Notes under the pieces: model-generated
Seen by the model: the letters and a program-made list of their open reading frames with translations, nothing else
Database searches by the model: none
Told to the model about the DNA's origin: nothing
Shown here: positions 49,758-61,467 of the stretch, in pieces
How positions within the stretch are numbered: the first letter of the stretch is position 1
Layout: each line of letters opens with the position of its first letter
Source: Bacteroidia bacterium
GTDB lineage: Bacteria > Bacteroidota > Bacteroidia > NS11-12g > UBA9320
DNA: 64,000 nucleotides
Assembly: GCA_965216465.1 (NCBI GenBank)
Contig: CBDCFW010000004.1
Span: 1-64,000, forward strand
Direction: 5' to 3'
Program-made: the position numbers and the translations under genes

Positions 49758-51819
49758 TGTGAAAAGAAGCATAATGTGGCGCGTTGTCTTTGGGATGGCG
49801 ATGGTGGTGCTTTTTGCCATTTGGATTTCAGTTCAAATGTTTACCATTCAAATAGCTGAAGGTGATAAGTGGTTGAGTCAGTCAGATAGCCTCACCATCG
49901 TCCGTCAAGATATTAGTCCAGCACGTGGAAATATCTACTCAGACGATGGCAGTTTGTTGGCTACATCAATGCCTATTTACTCCATTCATTGGGATGCAAC
50001 TATTGTAAATCAAGATACTTTCAATTATTACGTTGATGATTTGGCGGTAGAGTTGTCGCGGTTGTTCCCCGAAAACACTGCGGTATACTATCGTACTGCT
50101 TTAAAACGAGCTCGCAGAGATGAGAATCGATATATGTTGGTTCGCCGTAGAGCCAACTACCACGAGCAAAAAGAAATGCGTTCAATGCCAATCTTCAGAA
50201 AAGGAAGATATCGTGGAGGTTTTGTTTCTGAATTAACCACTAAAAGAGTTCGTCCTGCTGGTCAATTAGCGTTCAGAACAATTGGTTATAGAACACAAGA
50301 TAATCCAGGAGTTGGGCTTGAAAGAACGTACAATGAAGATCTTGGTGGTGTAAGCGGTAAGCGACTCGCTCAAAAAATATCAGGTGGATACCGCCCGATC
50401 AATGATGAAAATCTTATCGAGCCTCAAAACGGGCGAGATGTGCACACTACAATCAATATTGACTTCCAAGAGATAGCTCAGAGATCTCTCTCTGCTGCAC
50501 TTGAACGTCACAAAGCAGATCACGGCTGTGTTGTGGTTATGGAGGTTAAGACTGGAAAGATAAAAGCTATTTCAAACCTACTAAATGCTGGTGAAGGAAG
50601 ATTTGTTGAGCGATACAATTATGCAATTGGAGAAAGCTATGAACCGGGCAGTGTTTGGAAAGTGTTTTCAGCAATGGCGGCATTTGAAGATGAGCTAATT
50701 GATGTTGACGATTCAGTTAACCTGTATAATGGCTACCGCAAATACTTCGACCAAGAGATGGTTGATTCAGACCGCGGAAAGTACAAGAAAGCAAGCTTTA
50801 GAGATGCCTTTGCAAGATCTAGTAATGTGGCGTTTTCTTCAATAATTTATGACAACTATGTGTCTGATCCAAACAAGTATATCTCGTACTTGAAAAAGCT
50901 GGATTTGCATGTGGCTACTGGCATAGAAATTTTAGGTGAGCCAGAGCCTGTTTTAAATCACCCAGCGTCTTCAAGCTGGTCTAGATTAACCTTGCCTTGG
51001 TTGGCGATTGGGTATGAAAACCAACACACTCCGTTACAGTTGCTTACTGCATACAACGGAATAATTAACGATGGGTTAATGATTAATCCTCAAATCGTGA
51101 GTCAGGTTACTGATGCCGGACTTGTTATTAGAGACCTGGAGTCAGAGGTTGAAACCAAAAGAGTTTGCTCAAAAGAAACGTCAGATAAAATAAAACTACT
51201 AACTAAAGCTGTATTTGATAAGGGTTCTGCCCGACGATCAAGCTCTTCGGTAGTAACAATGGGAGGTAAAACTGGAACTGCTCAGATTGCGTCTCCTTCA
51301 GGTTACAAGAAAGTAAAACAGTACAACGCAAGTTTCGTTGGTCACTTTCCAGCCGAAGAGCCGGTTTACAGCATCTATGTGATGATTAACAAACCGTCTA
51401 ACGGTTTCTTCTATGCTTCTTCAGTTGCCGCTCCGGTATTTAAAGAAGTTGCTGAAAAAATTTACACCATCAGTGTTAAGCAAGAAGTGACGGATCAAGA
51501 TACAGTCTTGAACCCGCACTACTTGGTAGGGTATTACTCAGATTTTTCTACACTCAACACTGCACTTGGTTTTATGCTACGTGATGAGGTCTCAGCAGAA
51601 GTAATTCAGATTAAAACTGATGGAAGAGTGGATACACGAACCCGCACTGAAGGTCAAATGCCAAATGTGCTGGGAATGGGAGCTAAAGATGCAATGTACT
51701 TACTTGAGCTCTATGGATTAAAGCCGCAGATTAAAGGCTATGGAAGAGTTGTACAACAAAGTCCAAAAGCAGGAACACCAATAAAGCCTAACAACAAAGT
51801 TTACGTCAGATTAAATTGA
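49750..51819 (+). CDS. ftsI: Penicillin-binding protein (FtsI/PBP3-like) with PASTA domain
   Basis: RGNIYS.DG, EPGSVWK (SxxK), SSN, KTGTAQ, C-terminal PASTA. Confidence 0.9.
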   Translation: MTNVKRSIMWRVVFGMAMVVLFAIWISVQMFTIQIAEGDKWLSQSDSLTIVRQDISPARGNIYSDDGSLLATSMPIYSIHWDATIVNQDTFNYYVDDLAVELSRLFPENTAVYYRTALKRARRDENRYMLVRRRANYHEQKEMRSMPIFRKGRYRGGFVSELTTKRVRPAGQLAFRTIGYRTQDNPGVGLERTYNEDLGGVSGKRLAQKISGGYRPINDENLIEPQNGRDVHTTINIDFQEIAQRSLSAALERHKADHGCVVVMEVKTGKIKAISNLLNAGEGRFVERYNYAIGESYEPGSVWKVFSAMAAFEDELIDVDDSVNLYNGYRKYFDQEMVDSDRGKYKKASFRDAFARSSNVAFSSIIYDNYVSDPNKYISYLKKLDLHVATGIEILGEPEPVLNHPASSSWSRLTLPWLAIGYENQHTPLQLLTAYNGIINDGLMINPQIVSQVTDAGLVIRDLESEVETKRVCSKETSDKIKLLTKAVFDKGSARRSSSSVVTMGGKTGTAQIASPSGYKKVKQYNASFVGHFPAEEPVYSIYVMINKPSNGFFYASSVAAPVFKEVAEKIYTISVKQEVTDQDTVLNPHYLVGYYSDFSTLNTALGFMLRDEVSAEVIQIKTDGRVDTRTRTEGQMPNVLGMGAKDAMYLLELYGLKPQIKGYGRVVQQSPKAGTPIKPNNKVYVRLN

Positions 51820-53273
51820 AAACACTAGAAGAAATATTGCCAGTTCTTAATCCACTTAAAGTGGTAGGCTCGGAAGATGTAACTGTTTCGGGAATGACCT
51901 TAGATTCTCGTGAAGTGAAGCCTGGTTATTTGTTCGCTGCAATAAAAGGCAGTGCAACGGATGGCCATTTATACATTTCAAAAGCTGAAAATCTTGGGGC
52001 GACTGTAGTGCTTTGCGAAAAAATTGACGAAGTATCTGAAGGCGTTACTTATGTTGTTGTAAATGATGCTGCAGAAGCTCTTGGCTTGCTTGCTTCAGTA
52101 TTCTACGACTTTCCTTCCCAAAAATTAAAACTGGTAGGAGTTACGGGAACCAATGGTAAAACTTCAATTGCAACGATGTTGTATGAGTGTTTTATGAAGC
52201 TTGGACACAGTTGCGGACTGTTATCTACAATAAAATATTCTATAAACGGAGAGGATACTGTTTCTACACACACTACGCCAAACAGTGTTCGTATAAATGA
52301 ATTGCTTGCCAAAATGGTTGATGAAGGATGTGAGTATGCCTTCATGGAAGTTAGCTCACACGCGCTGCACCAAAGCAGAACTGCAGGATTGCAATTCGAC
52401 GGTGCGGTATTTACCAATATTACTCACGACCATCTTGATTATCACACCGATTTCAGAGAATACCTCTACACTAAAAAGTTACTGTTTGATGGCTTGAAGT
52501 CAGATGCTTTTGCATTGGTAAATAAAGATGATAAAAATGGCCAAGTGATGCTTCAAAACACTAAGGCTACAAAGTATAGCTATAGTCTTAAATCTGTAAG
52601 TGATTTCAAAACACGAGTGATTGAAAGCGATTTCAATGGAATGCTTCTTGATTTAAGAGGAAGTGAAGTTTGGTTGAGGTTAGTAGGCCAGTTTAACGCA
52701 TACAATGTGTTGGCGGTGTACAGTGTGGCATTCTTGTTAGATGAAGAGCACATGGACATTATAACCGCTCTAAGTGCCATTGAACCCGTAGACGGAAGAT
52801 TTCAAAATATTAAAGAATCGGGAGTAACAGCCATTGTTGATTATGCCCACACTCCAGATGCACTTCAAAATGTATTAGACACTATCAATGCAATCCGTAC
52901 CAAAAATGAGCAACTGATTACTGTAGTAGGATGTGGTGGCGATCGCGATAAAGAGAAGCGACCAATCATGGCGCGCATAGCTTCTGAGCACTCTACTCGA
53001 GTAGTAATCACTTCTGACAATCCTAGGTCAGAAGAGCCTTCAGAAATCATAAAAGATATGATGGAAGGTGTGGATCCAACGAATTTCAAAAAGGTCTTGC
53101 AAATAGAAAATAGAGAAGAGGCAATTAAGACAGCCATCGCTCTAAGTAACCCAGGAGATGTAATTCTGGTTGCGGGAAAAGGCCACGAAACGTACCAAGA
53201 AATTAAAGGAGAGCGATTTCCTTTCGATGATAAACAAATACTAATCAAAAACTTAAAACTGCTTAAAAACTAA
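51816..53273 (+). CDS. murE: UDP-MurNAc-dipeptide--meso-DAP ligase
   Basis: [38 protein letters not shown]. Confidence 0.95.
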   Translation: MKTLEEILPVLNPLKVVGSEDVTVSGMTLDSREVKPGYLFAAIKGSATDGHLYISKAENLGATVVLCEKIDEVSEGVTYVVVNDAAEALGLLASVFYDFPSQKLKLVGVTGTNGKTSIATMLYECFMKLGHSCGLLSTIKYSINGEDTVSTHTTPNSVRINELLAKMVDEGCEYAFMEVSSHALHQSRTAGLQFDGAVFTNITHDHLDYHTDFREYLYTKKLLFDGLKSDAFALVNKDDKNGQVMLQNTKATKYSYSLKSVSDFKTRVIESDFNGMLLDLRGSEVWLRLVGQFNAYNVLAVYSVAFLLDEEHMDIITALSAIEPVDGRFQNIKESGVTAIVDYAHTPDALQNVLDTINAIRTKNEQLITVVGCGGDRDKEKRPIMARIASEHSTRVVITSDNPRSEEPSEIIKDMMEGVDPTNFKKVLQIENREEAIKTAIALSNPGDVILVAGKGHETYQEIKGERFPFDDKQILIKNLKLLKN

Positions 53274-54523
53274 TGCTGTACCACTTATTTGAATATCTAC
53301 AAAGTGCATACGACTTTCCAGGAGCTGGAGTGTTTCAATACATTTCGTTCAGAGCGTCGATGGCTGTAATCTTATCGTTGGTTATTTCTCTTCTGTTTGG
53401 TAAGAGGCTGATTGAAATGTTGAGAAGAAGACAAGCAGCTGAAACCATCCGACAACTAGGACTAGAAGGTGAAAATGCCAAAAAAGGAACTCCTACAATG
53501 GGAGGTCTAATCATCTTGGCAGCTATACTTATTCCTACTCTTCTTTTTGCCAGACTTGATAATGTTTACGTATTGCTAATGATTTTCAGTACCATCTGGC
53601 TCGGACTTATTGGCTTTGTTGATGACTACATCAAAGTTTACAAGAAGGATAAAGGAGGTCTTGCTGGTAAGTTTAAAGTATTAGGCCAAATCGGTATTGG
53701 GGTTGTAGTGGCTCTTGTTCTTCACCTTAATGATGATGTTGTTGTTAGGGAGCAGTTTAAAATTAGCTCTGTTGACGAGGCTCCAGCAGGAGTAGAAGTT
53801 AAAGAAGTAAACGGACAGCTGTTTTATACTGAAGATGTTAAAAGCACAACTACTACAATTCCATTTGTAAAAACGCATGAAGTAGACTACTCAAAATTAC
53901 TGTTTTGGATGGACGATGAAAACGCTAACAAATATGCGTGGTTGGTGTTCATGTTCGTGGCCATATTCGTAATTACTGCAGTATCCAACGGTGCAAATCT
54001 GACGGATGGAATTGATGGGCTTGCAGCCGGAAGTTCTGCAATAATTGGAGTTACGCTAGCAGCTTTGGCCTTCATTAGTGGTAACATCATCTTCTCAGAT
54101 TACTTGAATATCATGTTTATTCCCTACCAAGGTGAGCTGGTAATTTTTGCAGCTGCATTTACGGGTGCATGTATCGGATTCCTTTGGTACAACAGTTATC
54201 CTGCTCAAGTATTTATGGGTGATACGGGTAGCTTAGCTCTTGGAGGAACCATTGCAGTTCTAGCTTTAATGATTCGTAAAGAATTGTTGCTACCGATCTT
54301 GTGTGGAATCTTCTTGGTAGAAAACCTCAGTGTTGTACTTCAGGTAAGCTACTTTAAATACACTAAAAAGAAATTTGGTGAAGGGAGACGAATCTTTAAA
54401 ATGTCTCCGCTTCATCACCATTATCAAAAACTAGGATATGCCGAGCCAAAAATCGTAACGCGATTCTGGATTGTAGGCATCATGCTAGCAATTCTAACCA
54501 TAGTAACCTTCAAACTAAGATAA
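53273..54523 (+). CDS. mraY: Phospho-N-acetylmuramoyl-pentapeptide transferase
   Basis: [32 protein letters not shown]. Confidence 0.96.
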   Translation: MLYHLFEYLQSAYDFPGAGVFQYISFRASMAVILSLVISLLFGKRLIEMLRRRQAAETIRQLGLEGENAKKGTPTMGGLIILAAILIPTLLFARLDNVYVLLMIFSTIWLGLIGFVDDYIKVYKKDKGGLAGKFKVLGQIGIGVVVALVLHLNDDVVVREQFKISSVDEAPAGVEVKEVNGQLFYTEDVKSTTTTIPFVKTHEVDYSKLLFWMDDENANKYAWLVFMFVAIFVITAVSNGANLTDGIDGLAAGSSAIIGVTLAALAFISGNIIFSDYLNIMFIPYQGELVIFAAAFTGACIGFLWYNSYPAQVFMGDTGSLALGGTIAVLALMIRKELLLPILCGIFLVENLSVVLQVSYFKYTKKKFGEGRRIFKMSPLHHHYQKLGYAEPKIVTRFWIVGIMLAILTIVTFKLR

Positions 54524-55867
54524 TTGAGCAAGCTGATTTCCATATTAGGTGCTGGTGAGAGTGGTGTAGGTTCTGCCATCTTAGCAAAGAAGCAAGGCTT
54601 CGATGTCTGGGTGTCTGACTACGGCACGATTAAAGATCAGTATAAGGCCGAAATGGATAGCTATGCTATTGCGTATGAAGAAGGTACGCACTCTGAAGAC
54701 AAAATTTTAACGTCTTCTGTAATCATCAAAAGTCCTGGAATTGCAGACAGCATACCTTTATTGAAAAAGGCATACGCTGCAAATATTTCAGTGGTAGGTG
54801 AAATTGAATTTGCGTCAAATTACACCGATGCTGTTTTGATAGGAATTACAGGCACAAACGGCAAGACAACTACTACAATGCTAACGCATCATATCCTTAA
54901 GCAAGCAGGATTAAATGTAGGACTTGCAGGCAATGTGGGGTACAGTTTTGCAAAACAAGTGGCTGAACAAAACCACGACTATTATGTACTTGAGCTCAGC
55001 AGCTACCAGTTAGATGGAATGCATACTGTAGCACTCGATTACGCAGTATTGTTAAATATATCTCCTGATCACCTCGACAGATATGAATCGTATGACCACT
55101 ACATTCAATCGAAGTTCAGAATTAACCAAAATCAAACGGCTGAGCACAAGTTCATTTACTGTGCAGATGATGCCGCAATAACTGAATACTTAAATAATCA
55201 TAAATCACCTGCTCAGCAGATTCCTTTTACGATGAGCGATACACCGCTTGAAGAAGGAGCATGGGCAAGTGAGGATACTATAACTATTAACTTAATTAAA
55301 CCAAAAGCACAATTTATTATGTCAATTAACCAATTAACAATTGCTGGCAAGCACAACACTTACAATTCAATGGCTGCAGCTATCATCGCGAACTCTTTGC
55401 TGATTCGAAAAGAATCAATTCGTGAAAGCTTATCTGATTTCAGAAATGTCGAACACCGATTAGAATTCGTTTCTAAAGTTAAAGGCATCAGCTTTATCAA
55501 CGATAGCAAAGCGACCAATGTAAATGCGGCATGGTATGCACTCGAAAGTGCTCAAAAACCAATTATCTGGATCGCGGGTGGTGTAGATAAAGGAAACGAC
55601 TATGAAGCCCTTAAACCATTGGTGAAAGACAAGGTTCGCATCATTGTATGTTTGGGTGTAAACAACATGAAGTTACATCAAGCATTTAGAAAAGATGTTG
55701 ATATGATGATTAATGCAAGCAGTGCTCAAGAAGCTGTAGAATTGGCTTACGGACTTGGTGTAAAAGGTGAAACAGTTCTGCTTTCTCCAGCGTGTGCAAG
55801 TTTTGATCTTTTTGAGAACTATCAAGATAGAGGAAATCAATTTAAACGTGCGGTTCGTTCACTGTGA
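54524..55867 (+). CDS. murD: UDP-MurNAc-L-Ala--D-glutamate ligase
   Basis: GAGESG, ITGTNGKTT, ELSSYQL, DHLDRY, NDSKATN, LSPACASFD. Confidence 0.95.
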   Translation: MSKLISILGAGESGVGSAILAKKQGFDVWVSDYGTIKDQYKAEMDSYAIAYEEGTHSEDKILTSSVIIKSPGIADSIPLLKKAYAANISVVGEIEFASNYTDAVLIGITGTNGKTTTTMLTHHILKQAGLNVGLAGNVGYSFAKQVAEQNHDYYVLELSSYQLDGMHTVALDYAVLLNISPDHLDRYESYDHYIQSKFRINQNQTAEHKFIYCADDAAITEYLNNHKSPAQQIPFTMSDTPLEEGAWASEDTITINLIKPKAQFIMSINQLTIAGKHNTYNSMAAAIIANSLLIRKESIRESLSDFRNVEHRLEFVSKVKGISFINDSKATNVNAAWYALESAQKPIIWIAGGVDKGNDYEALKPLVKDKVRIIVCLGVNNMKLHQAFRKDVDMMINASSAQEAVELAYGLGVKGETVLLSPACASFDLFENYQDRGNQFKRAVRSL

Positions 55868-57015
55868 GAGAATGGATCAATAAATATCTTAAAGGTGATC
55901 CAGTAATCTGGTTCATTGTATTTGCCTTGTCGGTTTTTGGCATCTTGGCTGTGTATTCTTCTACAGGTACGTTGGCCTACCAAGAAAGAGGAGGAAATAC
56001 AGAATATTACCTGATTAAACACGTAGCTCTCTTAATCTTCGGATTGTTTACCATGTGGCTCACGCATTTAATCAATATAAAATACTTCTCGCGAATAAGT
56101 CAGCTCATGATAATTGCAGTGGTCCCAGCATTAATTTATACTTTAGCTTTTGGGGTAGAAATTAATGATGCTCGCCGTTGGGTGGGAGTTATGGGGTTAA
56201 CTGTGCAAACTTCAGATTTTGCCAAGCTAGCACTTATAATTTACGTTGCTCGATTTATGGCCAAACGGCAAGGAGAAGTTCATAATTTTAAAAAGACATT
56301 ACTTCCTGCTTTAGGGGTAATCTTGCTCATATGCATATTGATTTTTCCTGAAGATTTTTCAACTTCGGCCGTGCTCTTTTTAACCAGCATGCTAGTTTTA
56401 TTTATTGGAAGAATCCCGCTTAAGCAATTAGGCGTATTGGTAGGTATTGGTGTTTTAGTGTTTGGCAGTTTAATAGCTGTTGTCTGGAATACCGATGTTC
56501 AATTTGGTCGTGTTGCGACTATGAAAAGCAGGATAGAAGCCTTTTCACAAGGAAGTGACGATGGAGGAACTTATCAAAGTAGACAAGCAAAGATTGCTGT
56601 TGCTCGTGGTGGATTTACAGGCCAAGGACCAGGAAACAGTCGTCAAAAGAATTTTTTACCATCGCCTTTTGCGGACTTTATTTATGCCATAATAATCGAA
56701 GAGTATGGTTCTATTTTAGGTGGGGTCATGCTCATTGTGTTGTATCTATTGTTGCTGTACCGAGCCTTTGCCATAGTGTTGAAAACAGAAAATCCTTTAG
56801 CCGCATTAATGGCCATTGGACTAGCCTTTAGCTTGGTAGTTCAAGCATTCATTAATATGGGCGTTGCTGTAAATATTTTACCCGTAACCGGGCTAGCATT
56901 GCCTATTGTGAGTAGAGGAGGTACATCAATACTGTTTACGAGCATTGCGTTTGGTATAATTCTTAGTGCAAGTAGAACCATTTATCAAGAAAGAGAAGAT
57001 GCAGAAAAAGTATAA
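55864..57015 (+). CDS. ftsW: SEDS peptidoglycan glycosyltransferase FtsW
   Basis: Polytopic membrane protein; ARRW, Q.SDFAKL, DFIYAII.EEYG, PVTG..LP.VS.GGTS. Confidence 0.92.
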   Translation: MREWINKYLKGDPVIWFIVFALSVFGILAVYSSTGTLAYQERGGNTEYYLIKHVALLIFGLFTMWLTHLINIKYFSRISQLMIIAVVPALIYTLAFGVEINDARRWVGVMGLTVQTSDFAKLALIIYVARFMAKRQGEVHNFKKTLLPALGVILLICILIFPEDFSTSAVLFLTSMLVLFIGRIPLKQLGVLVGIGVLVFGSLIAVVWNTDVQFGRVATMKSRIEAFSQGSDDGGTYQSRQAKIAVARGGFTGQGPGNSRQKNFLPSPFADFIYAIIIEEYGSILGGVMLIVLYLLLLYRAFAIVLKTENPLAALMAIGLAFSLVVQAFINMGVAVNILPVTGLALPIVSRGGTSILFTSIAFGIILSASRTIYQEREDAEKV

Positions 57016-58087
57016 AGTACTAATCTCGGGTGGAGGTACAGGTGGACATATTTTTCCAGCTATTGCAATTGCCAACGAGATTATGGCTCAATATCCTGGA
57101 AGTGAAATAGAGTTTGTGGGTGCTCAAGGAAGAATGGAAATGGAAAAAGTTCCTGCGGCAGGTTATAAAATCCATGGACTTTGGATATCTGGATTACAGA
57201 GAAGACTAACGCCAAAGAATCTTAGTTTGCCATTTAAAGTGCTTTCAAGCTTAATGAAATCTAGGAAAATTATTAAGCAATTTAAACCAGATTTCACAGT
57301 AGGTGTTGGAGGATATGCAAGTGGTCCTCTAAACTACATGGCAAGTAGAATGGGAGTGCCCGTATTCTTACAAGAGCAAAACTCATTTCCTGGAATCACC
57401 AATAAACTGCTGAAAACGAAAGCACAAAAAATATGTGTAGCGTACGATGGAATGGAGCGATTCTTCCCAGAAAATAAAATTGTAATCACCGGAAACCCAA
57501 TTCGTCAAGATATTTTAGATTCCTCACAAAATAGACAAGAAGCTTTAAAACACTTCGGATTGGAGGATGGCAAGAAAACGGTATTGATAGTGGGAGGAAG
57601 TTTAGGAGCTAGAACCATAAATGAGGCTATTGAAGCAAATCTTGAAAAATTAAACTCTTTTGGTATTCAACTATTGTGGCAAACAGGAAAGAATTATGAA
57701 GGAGAGAAAGGGAATTTCCCGTGGGGAAACCGTACGACATTTATAAAAGAAATGGCAAAAGCTTATAGTGTTGCTGACGTTGTGGTTAGTAGAGCAGGGG
57801 CTATGTCTGTTTCTGAGTTATCTGCCTTGGGTAAAGCGGTAGTTTTTGTGCCGTCTCCATTTGTCGCCGAAGACCATCAAACAAAAAATGCCATGAGCTT
57901 GGTTGACAAAAAAGCAGCCTTGCTTTGTAAAGACAGTGCGGCAAAATCGAATATCGGTGATCTAATTCTATCGCTTATATCAGATGAAAATGAATTGAAC
58001 CGATTGATGTCAGAAATCAAGAAGCTAGGTAAGCCAAATGCAGCCAAAACAATTGTCGATGAAATTGTAAAAGCAATTGAGAATTAA
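56999..58087 (+). CDS. murG: Undecaprenyldiphospho-muramoylpentapeptide GlcNAc transferase
   Basis: GGGTGGHIFPA, GGYAS, EQNS.PG.TN, GGSLGA, SRAGA. Confidence 0.95.
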   Translation: MQKKYKVLISGGGTGGHIFPAIAIANEIMAQYPGSEIEFVGAQGRMEMEKVPAAGYKIHGLWISGLQRRLTPKNLSLPFKVLSSLMKSRKIIKQFKPDFTVGVGGYASGPLNYMASRMGVPVFLQEQNSFPGITNKLLKTKAQKICVAYDGMERFFPENKIVITGNPIRQDILDSSQNRQEALKHFGLEDGKKTVLIVGGSLGARTINEAIEANLEKLNSFGIQLLWQTGKNYEGEKGNFPWGNRTTFIKEMAKAYSVADVVVSRAGAMSVSELSALGKAVVFVPSPFVAEDHQTKNAMSLVDKKAALLCKDSAAKSNIGDLILSLISDENELNRLMSEIKKLGKPNAAKTIVDEIVKAIEN

Positions 58088-59453
58088 TATTCGACATATC
58101 TACTTTGTTGGTATCGGTGGCATCGGTATGAGCTCACTTGCACGTTATTTTAATGAAAATGGCGATGTTTCAGTTTGGGGCTACGACAAGACGCCTTCAG
58201 CACTTACCAAGCAACTGAATAAAGAAGGAATACCTATAAGCTTTGTCGACAGTGAGGATCAAATTCCAGCGGAAATAATTGAATGCAAAACCGATAGCTT
58301 AATTGTTTACACCCCAGCAATCCCTAGTGATAATAAGGTGTTAAACTATTTTAAGAAGCACAGTTTTGATTTAAAGAAGCGTTCGGAAGTGCTTGGCCTA
58401 ATTACATCTGAAACTGTAAATTTAAGTGTTGCCGGAACACATGGAAAAACAACAACCTCTTCGATGGTCGCTACAATTTTGCAACATTCAAATGTTCAAT
58501 TCTCGGCATTTCTCGGTGGAATAAGTACCAATTTAGGCAGCAATTATTTCTACCAAAAAGGAAATGGTGATACGCATTACAGTATTACTGAAGCAGATGA
58601 ATTTGATCGTTCATTCTTGCATCTTGAGCCAGATTATGCAGTGGTAACATCTACCGACGCAGATCATCTAGACATATATGGAACCAAAGAGGACATGCAA
58701 GAAACTTATAAAGAGTTTGCGGCATTAGTTGAAGACAATAACAAATTATTTTTTGCCAAAAATAAGGCACAGGGCATAATAGGAAAATCGTATTCGGCTT
58801 ACGAAAACGATTGCGACTACTATGCTAAGATTACCTATAAGAGTGGACGAGGAAGCCACTTCTCGATATATAAAAGAAATGGAGAAGTAGAGATAGAAGA
58901 TTTGTATCTCAATATTCCAGGACTGCACAACGTAGAAAATGCAATTGGAGCAACGCTTATGACATTGAAAGCTGGTGTCGAGCTAGATGCTGTTCGAGCA
59001 GGTTTGAAGAATTTTGCTGGAATTAAGCGTCGATTCGAGTATGTAATCGTTCGAGAAGATTTTGTATACATCGATGATTATGCTCACCATCCAAGTGAAT
59101 TGAAAGCAATAATTTCCTCTGTACGTGACCTCTATCCAAACCGAAAAATAACTGCAATATTTCAACCACACCTATTCTCGAGAACTGCTGATTTTATGGA
59201 TGAATTTGCAAACGAGTTAGACCAAGCGGATGAAGTGATTTTGCTTCCTATTTATCCTGCTCGCGAGCTACCTATGGAAGGAGTAACATCGAATGCCCTT
59301 CTTTCTAAATTAAGCTTGACCGAGTCAAGTTTAGTTGAGAAGACTGAACTGATCAGTACACTAAAAGAGAAAGACTTAGAAGTGTTGCTAACACTTGGTG
59401 CCGGAGATATCGATCGACTTGTTGAACCTATAAAAGAGAGTTATGGCAATTAA
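58077..59453 (+). CDS. murC: UDP-N-acetylmuramate--L-alanine ligase
   Basis: GIGGIGMS, AGTHGKTTT, EADEFDRSF, DDYAHHP, FQPHLFSRT. Confidence 0.95.
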   Translation: MRINIRHIYFVGIGGIGMSSLARYFNENGDVSVWGYDKTPSALTKQLNKEGIPISFVDSEDQIPAEIIECKTDSLIVYTPAIPSDNKVLNYFKKHSFDLKKRSEVLGLITSETVNLSVAGTHGKTTTSSMVATILQHSNVQFSAFLGGISTNLGSNYFYQKGNGDTHYSITEADEFDRSFLHLEPDYAVVTSTDADHLDIYGTKEDMQETYKEFAALVEDNNKLFFAKNKAQGIIGKSYSAYENDCDYYAKITYKSGRGSHFSIYKRNGEVEIEDLYLNIPGLHNVENAIGATLMTLKAGVELDAVRAGLKNFAGIKRRFEYVIVREDFVYIDDYAHHPSELKAIISSVRDLYPNRKITAIFQPHLFSRTADFMDEFANELDQADEVILLPIYPARELPMEGVTSNALLSKLSLTESSLVEKTELISTLKEKDLEVLLTLGAGDIDRLVEPIKESYGN

Positions 59454-60180
59454 AATGAATCCATATATCAGGAAATCGTTGTACGTAGTTTCGTTGGGTC
59501 TTTTAATAACGCTGTTTGTAGTTTTAAGTAATCGTCAGCAAGACGAACATTGCACGGCAATCGAAATTGAAATTGATGCTCCATTGGAAAAGCAATTGTT
59601 GAGTGATGCTATAATTCAAGACAAGCTCGATTTGTGGTATAGTAATGGGCTGTCAGGGGTACAACGAAGCAGCATCAACTTAATGGAAGTAGAAGATAAG
59701 ATTGAAACGCTTCCTGCAGTCAAAAATGCAGAAGTGAGTCTTGACTTAAATGGAGTACTGTCGATAGAAGTAGAACAGCGTATACCTCTTGTGCGAATAA
59801 TTCCAGAGAGTGGAAACTCTTTTTATCTGGATGCGTCGTACACCAAAATTCCGGATCAAGACATTGAAGTTGCCCGAGTTCCAATTGCAAATGGTAGGTT
59901 TTCTGAGGCAATGATTAAGAAAGTATACACCCTATCCACGTATGTGCAAGAAAATGCCTTCATCAAAGCCCTTACAGAACAAATATTTGTAAATACGAAA
60001 GGTGATTTGGTAATAATCCCAAAAATTAAGAATCAACAGATCATCATCGGCGATACCACCGATGTTCCGGAGAAGTTTCAAAAACTTATTGATTTTTATA
60101 ACGAAGGACTAAATAAAATTGGCTGGGATAGTTACCGCACAATAAATTTAAAATATAAGGATCAAGTAGTTTGTAATTAG
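59443..60180 (+). CDS. ftsQ: Cell division protein FtsQ/DivIB
   Basis: Single TM, POTRA-like region, position between murC and ftsA. Confidence 0.82.
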   Translation: MAIKMNPYIRKSLYVVSLGLLITLFVVLSNRQQDEHCTAIEIEIDAPLEKQLLSDAIIQDKLDLWYSNGLSGVQRSSINLMEVEDKIETLPAVKNAEVSLDLNGVLSIEVEQRIPLVRIIPESGNSFYLDASYTKIPDQDIEVARVPIANGRFSEAMIKKVYTLSTYVQENAFIKALTEQIFVNTKGDLVIIPKIKNQQIIIGDTTDVPEKFQKLIDFYNEGLNKIGWDSYRTINLKYKDQVVCN

Positions 60181-60183
60181 AAA

Positions 60184-61461
60184 ATGGAAGAATCAAAAGA
60201 AAAAATTATCGTTGGATTAGACATTGGTACAACCAAGGTGTGTGCTATTGTGGGGAGAGCAAATGAGTTTGGTAAGGTCGATATCTTAGGAATGGGTAAG
60301 GTAGCAGCACATGGTGGTGTTACTCGAGGCGTTGTTTCAAACATTGATAAGACTGTAGCGGCAATTCAACAGGCAATTTTAGAGGCTTCTGAAAAATCAA
60401 ACGTAGATATCAATAAGGTTCAAGTTGGGATTGCAGGAGCTCACATTAATAGCTTACAGCATCGCGGAATGATTATCCGTAACGATGGAGAATCTGAAAT
60501 TAACAACGAAGATCTAAAGAAATTAGAGAACGATATGTTCAAGCTGGCTGTGAAACCCGGTGATCGTATTATACATGTTCTTCCACAAGATTACACCGTA
60601 GATGACGAGCCTGGCATAGTTGATCCTGCTGGAATGGCTGGCGTAAAGCTTGAAGGAAACTTTCACATCATAACCGGCCAAATTACAGCTGCAAAAAATA
60701 TTTACAAATGTGTTGAGAAATCAGGATTAAAAGTTTCTGAGCTTGCACTTGAACCATTGGCTTCTGCCGAGGCTGTTCTAAGTCCAGAAGAGTTAGAAGC
60801 TGGGGTAGTGCTAGTTGATATTGGTGGTGGTACTACCGATGTGGCAATATTTCATGACAATATTATTCGCCATACAGCCATCATTCCTTATGGAGGCAAC
60901 ATCATTACTGAAGACATCAAAGAAGGATGTAACGTTATGAAGGCGCATGCAGAATTATTAAAAGTAAAATTTGGAAGTGCCTTAGCGAATGAATTGAATG
61001 AGAATGAAATTGTAAGCATCCCTGGTATTAGAGGAAGAGAAGCTCGCGAAATTTCAATCAAAAACCTTTCTAAGATTATTCAAGCTCGAATTGAAGAAAT
61101 TATGGAGTTGGTTTACTACGAGATAAAAGCATCCAACCTAGAAAAAAGACTTGCTGGAGGTATTGTACTTACCGGTGGAGGTTCTCAATTGAAACACATT
61201 GCTCAATTGGCTGAGTTTGTAACAGGACTTGACGCACGCATTGGGTACCCTAATGAGCATCTTGCTAAAGGGATGGTAGAAGAGGTGAAAAGTCCTATTT
61301 ATGCTACCAGTGTTGGTCTTGTATTAAGAGGTCTTGAAGGACATCGTGGGAATATCAACAATAGTGGAGAACAATTTATTCAAACCAAAAAGAAAACAGC
61401 GTTATTTGACCGTATAAAGGACTGGTTAAAAGACGAAGTTGAAGTTGCTGACTTTAAATAA
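60184..61461 (+). CDS. ftsA: Cell division protein FtsA
   Basis: GLDIGTTKV, VDIGGGTTD, GIVLTGGGS. Confidence 0.96.
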   Translation: MEESKEKIIVGLDIGTTKVCAIVGRANEFGKVDILGMGKVAAHGGVTRGVVSNIDKTVAAIQQAILEASEKSNVDINKVQVGIAGAHINSLQHRGMIIRNDGESEINNEDLKKLENDMFKLAVKPGDRIIHVLPQDYTVDDEPGIVDPAGMAGVKLEGNFHIITGQITAAKNIYKCVEKSGLKVSELALEPLASAEAVLSPEELEAGVVLVDIGGGTTDVAIFHDNIIRHTAIIPYGGNIITEDIKEGCNVMKAHAELLKVKFGSALANELNENEIVSIPGIRGREAREISIKNLSKIIQARIEEIMELVYYEIKASNLEKRLAGGIVLTGGGSQLKHIAQLAEFVTGLDARIGYPNEHLAKGMVEEVKSPIYATSVGLVLRGLEGHRGNINNSGEQFIQTKKKTALFDRIKDWLKDEVEVADFK

Positions 61462-61467
61462 AAAATT

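Noticed and set aside
51816-60180. Absence of murF, murB and ddl from the dcw cluster
   Set aside because: Normal arrangement in Bacteroidota
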